From: Octopus vulgaris
Taxonomy: Eukaryota
DNA length: 64,000 nt
Assembly (NCBI GenBank): GCA_951406725.2
Contig: OX597821.1
Span: 51,088,001 to 51,152,000, forward strand
Reading direction: 5' to 3'
Positions 55,586 through 64,000 of the stretch are shown piece by piece. The position numbers and the translations under genes are program-made. Position 1 is the stretch's first letter. Every line of letters starts with the position of its first letter. The notes under the pieces were generated by a model. The model was given only the letters and a program-made list of their open reading frames with translations, searched no databases and was not told where the DNA came from.

Positions 55586-58344
55586 AAGGGGGTCTTTACC
55601 CTTTATATATAAAATATGCGTGCGACACACACGCGTATGTGAATGTGACTGCGTGTTTAAAATGAACGCAGTTAGAACTTCTGTTAATTGACATAAAAAA
55701 ACAATAAACAATGCAACTAAGTTGAAATTTAACAGCGAAGCTTAGAAAAATTAATAAAGATAATTGAGACAACACACTTGAATTCATAAAAATTTTCGAA
55801 TTTGACACGTACGTGAAATCTGACATAAATAACGAAAATTTCGTGTATATCATAATGTTGTTTAAAATGGAAATGCATTAGAACATTATGTAGGGGCTTT
55901 ATTATGACCGACTGTATTAGATTTGACCATCTTTCAGAACATAATAAGAGGACCTTGTATGGAGGGAAATTACACTCATTCAACATTCTTTTGAACTTTG
56001 ATCGCCTTGAATCTGAGAGCATTTCTAACTGTGGACATTTGACAAGTCTAACATTTCCTACCTACAGTGAATTCGTTTAATTTAGTGTTATGTTAGAACA
56101 GAATTTAAAAACGTGTGTTTTATCTAAAGTGATTCTTGCAGTACTCTTTATACATGGCTATATTCTATTCATGTCTATGAAATAGGGGTGGCATGTGCGT
56201 GGGTTAGGAAATTTGTTTTACAAATAATAGTTCCGAGTTCAAGTTCATTATGCCCCTCTTTTGGAAAATGTATTTTTCCACGCCCAAGGGTTTCGGAGTA
56301 CCAAAATGGTTGTGAATAAAATTTGGCGAAATGGAATGTTTGAGAATTCTTCTAAAGAACATTGCTCTGCTTGGCTAGTAGATTTAACCCCTTACACAGT
56401 ACACCACTGCTATGTTATTCTGGAATACATTAAGTAAGGTCAATCTTATGGCATGCATTTGGGGTGTTAGACATCAGTCTTCAATATAGTATCTTCCTAT
56501 TTTCCCTCCATTCTTAGGGGCACTGAAAAATGTGATGAATGCTGTCCTTTGACAATCCTTGTAAAATATTTAACAATTAAAACGTGATTCCTCAAGATAT
56601 TGGTAAAACTGGGAATATTAGTTGTTAACTTTGGCAGAAAGACTAGATGGCAGTTATATTCGATTAACTTAACATTAGTTCATAGTTATTTCATGAAACT
56701 CAGCAAGCAGAAAGGCAAAGTTGACTGGTTAAATTTGTAATAAAAAACTTTAGAGATCAGTAAATACTGTAAATCCTTTAACTTAGCACCAATCGGTTCT
56801 TGTATGACCTCATTTTCTCTTAAAATTGTGCTCTTAAAATTAAGGACTTTAGATGGTTTAAAGAGGAGAAAAGCTGACTGAATGCTACATTTGTTGACAG
56901 TGGACAGTTGACAGTGGACGATCTCAACAGAAGAGAGGTAGGCTAAATTTTACAATTGTGGACTTTAGTTGATGAAAGTGTAAAGAAGTTGCCTAAATGT
57001 TAAAAACTGAGAACTACAGATTGTGTAACTGTTACAACGAGGACTTTAGACTTGTAGATGTAAATACAAATTTTAAAATGTTCATTTCCAATGATGTGTT
57101 GAGTAATCTCACAAATCCTATTCTTACCAACTTATTTCATGTCTTAATCATTGTTTAGTTTTATTGGTCTTCATACTAGTTTCAAACTCTGGTAAAATCG
57201 AAGTTGACAATCAAATCCCCACAATCAATCAAAAAAAAAAAGGTAGTAATAGTTTCAAATGCATTCAGAATTCTACATTCAGATACAGTAACAAAAATAT
57301 GACTTTTGTGTCAGAGTAAGAGAATAATGCTTAGATGCACAAAGATAATATTCTGTCCAGTAGAGATATTATTTATTATCCTAGTTATGGTGTAATAACA
57401 GAAAAATGTATATCTTCCATGTCTTCTGCTGCGTAAAAGCTGAAAGATGTATGTATATCTTCCAGTTTGTCTCTCGACCTTCTAAAAAATTTACGTCATA
57501 TTACACTTTAACGTGTTATGAAGGAGAGAGACACATTGCGTAATGTTTGTCCTAGATATACCATACTTTAACAAAAAGATGGGATGGTCACGGCGAGAAT
57601 ACCATTTATCACTGATCGGGACTAAACAGAAACAGTAATTTAGCTATGTCTTCAAAATTTCTGGTTTCGTTACAATAATAACAATATATACTTGTTTAGC
57701 GATTATATATTTTGATAATCGTTGCATACTCTATATTTACAACATTGATCTAAAGTTTTTAAATACAAATAGGTCATAAATTATAATACTTTTCTCTAAT
57801 TTACATAATTTAACGAAATTCTAAGTGGGAACTTGGAGTTATTTTACCCTTTTTTAATATTAATTCACCTCAAAATCAGTCACATCTTAGACAACATTCA
57901 GATAACCAACACTCTACTTGAATCTGATGTATGTCCAGTTTAGTTAATCTTTAATCTTTAGGCATCGACAAAAATAACAAAACATTTTCTACGGCTGTCG
58001 ATTTAATAATTTCGAAGTCAACACAAAATTAACATCTGACAGCCCTGGAACATCATCGATAGTGATGTATTTTCTCTCTTTGAATATATGTAGATGTCGT
58101 CTACTCTGCATTTTATTGAGATCAATATGAACTTCTATAAACTATTCACCAGTTTGGCGTTGCACCTGTGATGTCGTGTTTGATTTTTCAGTCCTATTTC
58201 GATAGTTCTACACTTTTCATGAAATATCCATGTTCAGTAACAATTTCTTAGCTTGTCAGAGAACTTGCATGTCAAAATAAAATTTAAAAAATCCCACTTC
58301 ATTCCATTGTGTCCAACAATGTTTCGAACCCATAATATTATTTT

Positions 58345-58711
58345 CTTCTCTAGGCATAAGGCCCGAAATCTTGGGGGAACGGCCAGTCGATTAGATCGAC
58401 CTCGTATTTATCCACCCTGTAAGGCAAAGTCGACATCGGTGGAATTTGAACTCAGAACATAAAGACAGACGAAATACCTATTTTTTTACTACCCACAAGG
58501 GGCTAAACACGGAAGGAATAAACAAGGACAGTCAAATGGATTAAGTCGATTATATCTACCCCAGTGGGTAACTGGTACTTATTTAATCGACCCCGAAAGG
58601 ATGAAAGGCAAAGTCGACCTCGGCGGAATTTGAACTCAGAACGTAGCGGCAGACGAAATACCGCTAAGCATTTCGCCTGGCGTCCTAACGTTTCAACCAG
58701 TGCGCCACCTT
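58345..58711 (-). mobile_element. Two adjacent SINE family 1 copies
   Basis: Two aaggcaaagtcgac.tcgg.ggaatttgaactcagaac cores near 58421 and 58605. Confidence 0.9.
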
Positions 58712-58792
58712 CAAACCCATAATATTAAACCTACCGATTTCTCCTTTTTGTATTCAAGAAATAACTAAAGTTTATACATTCATACATACATA

Positions 58793-59700
58793 TACAGGGT
58801 GCCCCCCCCCCAAATGTATACGCACTTTAAATAACTGTAAACTGGGTGTTTATTAAAATAAATTTCCTTTTCAAAATTTAATAGAATCTACAGACAGTAT
58901 TTTATTGTTCTGTCAACACCTGACGTCCGTTCTGGTCCAGGCATTGCTGACAATGTGAAACAGTGGAATCGCAAACATCACGAAACAATTCGTTTGGTAT
59001 TTGTGTGCATTGTCGTTCAAGGGCTGGTCTTAAATCAGCGACTGTTGCAGGTTTCATAGCGCAGGCTTTGTCTTTTAGGTATCCCCATAAAAAAGTCTAG
59101 TGATGTGAGATCTGGTCAACGCGGAAGGTATTCAACAAAACCCCTTCGTTCAATCCACCTGCTGGCATCAAGGAAGGATCTAACATCGCGATGGTAGTGT
59201 GGAGGTGTCCCATCTTGCTGAAAATAAAACTCCTCATCTTCAAAGTTTTCTGTAATTCTTGGCATGATAGATTGTTGCAGCAAGTTGAAGTAAACGGGAC
59301 CAGTCACAGTAGCATCAAAAGAGAATGGGCTAATTAATCCTGTTGACGATAAGCCACACAACACTGTAACTCTTGGTAAATTAACATGGTGTTCTACCAT
59401 AACATACGGATTCTCAGGTCTCCAGTAGGTGAAACTGTGGCGGTTAAGTGAACTATTTAGTTTGAATGTCGCCTCACTACTCCACACAATCTTTGTTGGA
59501 AAGTGTGCATTTCCTACACATCATACCAATTACCATTCGCAATAATGCACTCTTCGGTCTGGATCATCATCACTAACAACATGGACTAATCTTGAAACGT
59601 AACTTTTCCATTTACAAGGCTTCAAAATGCATTGGACAGATGATTTTGAAGAGCCTGAAATTTAAGTTTTCATACATTGTAGCATAACTCTACGTTGTCT
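58793..59700 (-). mobile_element. Tc1/mariner-superfamily transposon, decayed DDD transposase and one TIR
   Basis: TA-CAGGGTG terminus at 58793. ORF 59116-59487(-) [10 protein letters not shown]...[12 protein letters not shown]...WIERRG, continuing past a stop into PDLTSLDFF.WGYLKDK. Confidence 0.9.
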
Positions 59701-60329
59701 ATATCGCGCTTATATTGTATTCACCTACACACATCAATACAGAAACAAAAACACACACACACACACTAACACACATACACACACACGCACACACCCAGGA
59801 GCACACATACATACACATACAATACGCACACACCCAGGTGCACACATACATACACATGCAATATGCACACACACACAAACGCATACACACACATGCATGC
59901 ATATACACATTAACAACATACTATGTATATTTATATGAACCCGCATGCACACTTCAGTAATGTTTCTATGATCTTGCAAAGTTAGGGTTACTGTCTTTAT
60001 TGAGATACTGTATCACATTAAGTGACATGCCATGTTATAATTGCGGACATTAAATACTATCTGATAAATATTGCACTTATTAGTAAATCGACGGAATAAA
60101 TAAATAAATACTTCAGTTAATGAGTTTAATCGAATGATGTAAATCTGAATAATTCAAAGTCGGAGTATGTTTCAAGCACCTTTACACAGTTACAACAATG
60201 CCATCAATATGTAAATGACTTTAGCCTCTAGTAATCCAGATGTTACCACCATTGTTAATCAAAGAGTGACGAAAATTAATGATTCTTATTCCAAATAGAA
60301 CTTCACTTTCATAAAGAATACCTTTCAAC

Positions 60330-61425
60330 AATATGCACAAGGCCTGAAATTTGTTTGGTGGTGGGGAGAGATAATCGATTACATCGACCCCAGCGCTCAA
60401 CTGGTAATTATTTCGTCGATCTCCAGTGATGAAAGGCAAAGTTGATTTTGGCGAAATTTGAACTCAAAACATAAAAACGGACGAGTATACCGCTAAGCAT
60501 TTTGTCCGCCATGCTAACGATTCTTTTACCTCTCCGCCTTAAGACTTTGAACCATAATATATATTATACACAATAAATCGTTAGAGTGTTGGTTAAAATG
60601 TCTTGCAATATATAATCACGAGCCTTTACGTTTGGAGTTCAAATCTTGCTTTTCAACTCCCCGATGTCAATACAATAAAGTGAAATACTTTATACCAGTG
60701 AAATACTGGTGTCGATAAAGTCGATTATATCCGATTCTTAAATGTCAGTCACTCTGCTCATGTTAGAAATTAACATTTAGTCATCCGTAAACTCTGTCTT
60801 AAACCAGTTGATATATTTTTTTATTACGACTGATTCTTTAAATTGTTTCAGTATTTATTGTTATCTTGAAATCTTAATGCTAACATTTTCTAGCGCAGAA
60901 TATCATCTGGCTTTATGTGATGATTTTCCATTATATGTTCACTTTACACATTTGGAAATCCTCATCGGAGACATAAGATTATGTAAATGAAATAAAAACA
61001 GTAGATGTGTCTGCTCTGTTTCTGTTCTTTAGTACTATACACCATACGTACCTTGATTTAACTCTGCTATATCACGATTGAGTAAGTTAAGTACTGTCTA
61101 TAATGTTGCAATTATTCAGAAAATGTTTCGTCTCAGAGGATAAATGCCATCTTCCGCGCTCAAGTCTCAGAAGGTCAGAAAAAATGTCTATGAATGTTGT
61201 GCTTCCTCATCTTACTAAATAGGTTTCAAATTTTGGTCAGCAGTTTCGGTGATGGGGTCACGTCGATTACATTGAAACTAGTGCTCAACTGGTACTTATT
61301 TTATCGACCCCAAAAGGGGTGAAAGTTAAGGTCGACCCTAGTGGAATTTGAAATCAGGAACGTGCAGACAGGCGAAATGTCTAAGCATTTTGCTCGGCGT
61401 GCTAATGATTGTGTCGGCTCGTTAC
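60330..61425. mobile_element. Three diverged SINE family 1 copies (about 60330-60540 -, 60570-60770 +, 61222-61425 -)
   Basis: tcgattacatcgaccccag...gaaaggcaaagt...aatttgaactc cores. Confidence 0.8.
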
Positions 61426-61933
61426 CTGGCATTCTTATATAATATCGATAAAAAGCATAAGGACTGAAAAGTAATCTGAAGTCGCCGAACGTCGCCAGGA
61501 TAGATCAAATTCACCTATATTATACAATCAAATTGCTTCTCTCCAACGAATGGATTTGGGAGAAGATTGAAATAATATTTGGCTATAACTTCTATGGTAG
61601 AATAGTAAGGAGGCTGCACTATTATACTTATAAAACATTTAAAAGGAATAATTCCAACATTTGTTAATCTAGTCTATATCATTAAATTAGCTGGACGACG
61701 ATGAAATTTATATTAAGGATATGTTAAGTCTCAAAGGGCCTTAAATGACTAGTGGGTTTATATATGACATGGATACATGACAATTTTAATTAAAGCTGCA
61801 CCACGCGGATTGGGAATATTTGAGTTAAACCAAGACCAAATTAACATATTGACAGGTGCATTCGTTTCTGATTTCCGTATCTATATTTAATGACGTAAAT
61901 CAGAAGCGGTTATATATAATATATGTGTATGTA

Positions 61934-62026
<93 letters not shown>

Positions 62027-62129
62027 CTCAATATATATGTATATATACGCATATATACATATATATACATATGTATGTATGTATATATATATATTTATAT
62101 ACACATACAAACATACATACATACATATG

Positions 62130-62179
<50 letters not shown>

Positions 62180-62839
62180 TACACACATACACACACTTGG
62201 GATGAGTACCAACACCTCCATGTGGTACACTGGAACAATTATGAAATTCTCTTCATATGAAACTATTGGTTGCATTGTTAACCCACAAATAATATACACA
62301 CCTTCGCACACGTATATAATTTAGTCCGGTAAGTGGGGCTAGAAATCTAGCAATAAGTACCAGTTTGCTATTAACCCACACCCTGCAACTAAAAAATAAA
62401 CGGGATAGTAAGGGCAAAAAACAAAACAAAAAACAACAACAACAGCCACAGTCATAACTACGACAACACCGACTGTAAAGCATTCAAACGAGAGTTCAAT
62501 CCAGTATTTAATTTCAGCTTACATTTCTATGTCATGACATTTGTAGTTCACTTCGTATACAATTACAGCTAAGATACGAACAAATGACATACAGGTATCT
62601 TTATTTTCGCTATTAAAATCTAAACAAGAAAATTCAAAAGATTTTGCAACGATTTACTCGTCTATTCATTAGTTTTATGAATGAGATGTAATAGCATCAG
62701 ACACTTTCACAATTCAATGCAACCATGTTAGAAATATAAAGATAAAAAAAGACATCTAAGAGTTATTTGAAGTGAATAAACTTCAAATATAAAGGTGTTT
62801 GTGGTGTGCGTATGTCTTAGAAGTGGATGTACTTTGCAA

Positions 62840-62872
<33 letters not shown>

Positions 62873-64000
62873 CGTTATATATATTTATATATGTGTGTGC
62901 ATATGTGTATATATGCGTACAGAGTAATGTGTACTAACCATGTACACACACACAGACGAGCGCACACAAACAGACACACACACGCTCGTACATAAACACA
63001 CACATACAAACATATATATCTGTGTATATTATAACTAGATAGTTTTATATATATACATATATATATATATATAATTGCACTAAGAGAAATAACTTAGAAT
63101 GGCCTGTGGCGTGCATTTCAACAAGAAAATTACAGGTCTTGTAAAATACCGTACAAGATCATTTCTTGATGTACAGAAATTACAGTCGCTGCGAGAGAAA
63201 GTAAACAAACGCCTATTAGGAATTGAGAACAAGAAAGGGAGATAATCTCAAGCATTAAATTACACATATGCTCAACCACAGACACACACGCACAAATACA
63301 GACACACATGCAAAGGCTTGGAAGAAGAAAATAGTCTATATGTATATACACACATAGTTGTTTGAGATATATAGTTCAGTCAGGTAAAACTATTTTGCCA
63401 GAGGCAAATCCAAACCTAGAGAGAACCAGCTAAACTGAACAGTGTTCAGTAGAAGTCGTCTTTAAAATAATAATGATTGGTTCAAAACGAAAGTGGAATG
63501 AAAAGGGCAATGCACAAAAATAAAATAAAATAGAATGAAATTAAATAAAAAGTATAAAGAAACAGTCAAAGAAGTAAAACGTGAAAGAAAGAATATTAAC
63601 TTTTACGTTCTTGCAAGTTCTGAACCAATTTCTGTCGGCTGTACTTACTTTTTCTTTCTGATATGTTAAGCATTCTCGTTTCATTACATTCATCAAAGTA
63701 TATTATAGAATAATGTTTGCTTGTATGCATGCATAATGTCTGTTAAATGTATTGAAATGCGGATCGTTATGTTGTGGTTCTTGACGTCAATGAAAAGCAG
63801 AGACGGTTGAGCGTTAACTTTAATGATGTTTGGTATTTATCTATATCTCTTTACATTTTGAGTTCAGTTCCAAGTGGAGCTGAGTTTAATTTGAATATGT
63901 TGGATGACAGATGCATTCTACTACTTAGTTTAACGTCACTACATTCTTAACAGGAGCTTCTCGCAGAATCCTTTCTGTAGCAATCCTTTGTACAAACCAT

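Noticed and set aside
55600-58300. Second exon of the receptor gene
   Set aside because: No ORF with NPR-like continuation (such as VIxxC...R.IM) and splice sites was seen here or elsewhere downstream. A short exon could have been missed.

Overview
AT-rich, microsatellite-saturated animal DNA, not prokaryotic. The SINE families and simple-repeat load suggest an octopus or other coleoid cephalopod (inference). Almost all of the ORF track is translated (TA)n/(CA)n noise. One real host coding exon is present at 42936-43686 (+). It encodes the signal peptide and ligand-binding (ANF_receptor-type) domain of a natriuretic-peptide-receptor / receptor guanylyl cyclase-like protein, followed by an intron that appears to run past the window end. 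The rest is transposon debris: three tRNA-derived SINE families, R4/Dong-like and RTE LINE 3' ends, Tigger/pogo and Tc1/mariner remnants, a non-autonomous Helitron and several Penelope-like element (PLE) remnants. The most striking unannotated structure is a recurring set of fold-back (long inverted-repeat) elements carrying minimal type-I hammerhead-ribozyme-like folds with palindromic stem III. Several have non-canonical cores: G3-C8 and U3-A8 swaps that keep the 3-8 base pair, and a recurrent U4C change. All folds and alignments were read by eye and none is tested for activity.
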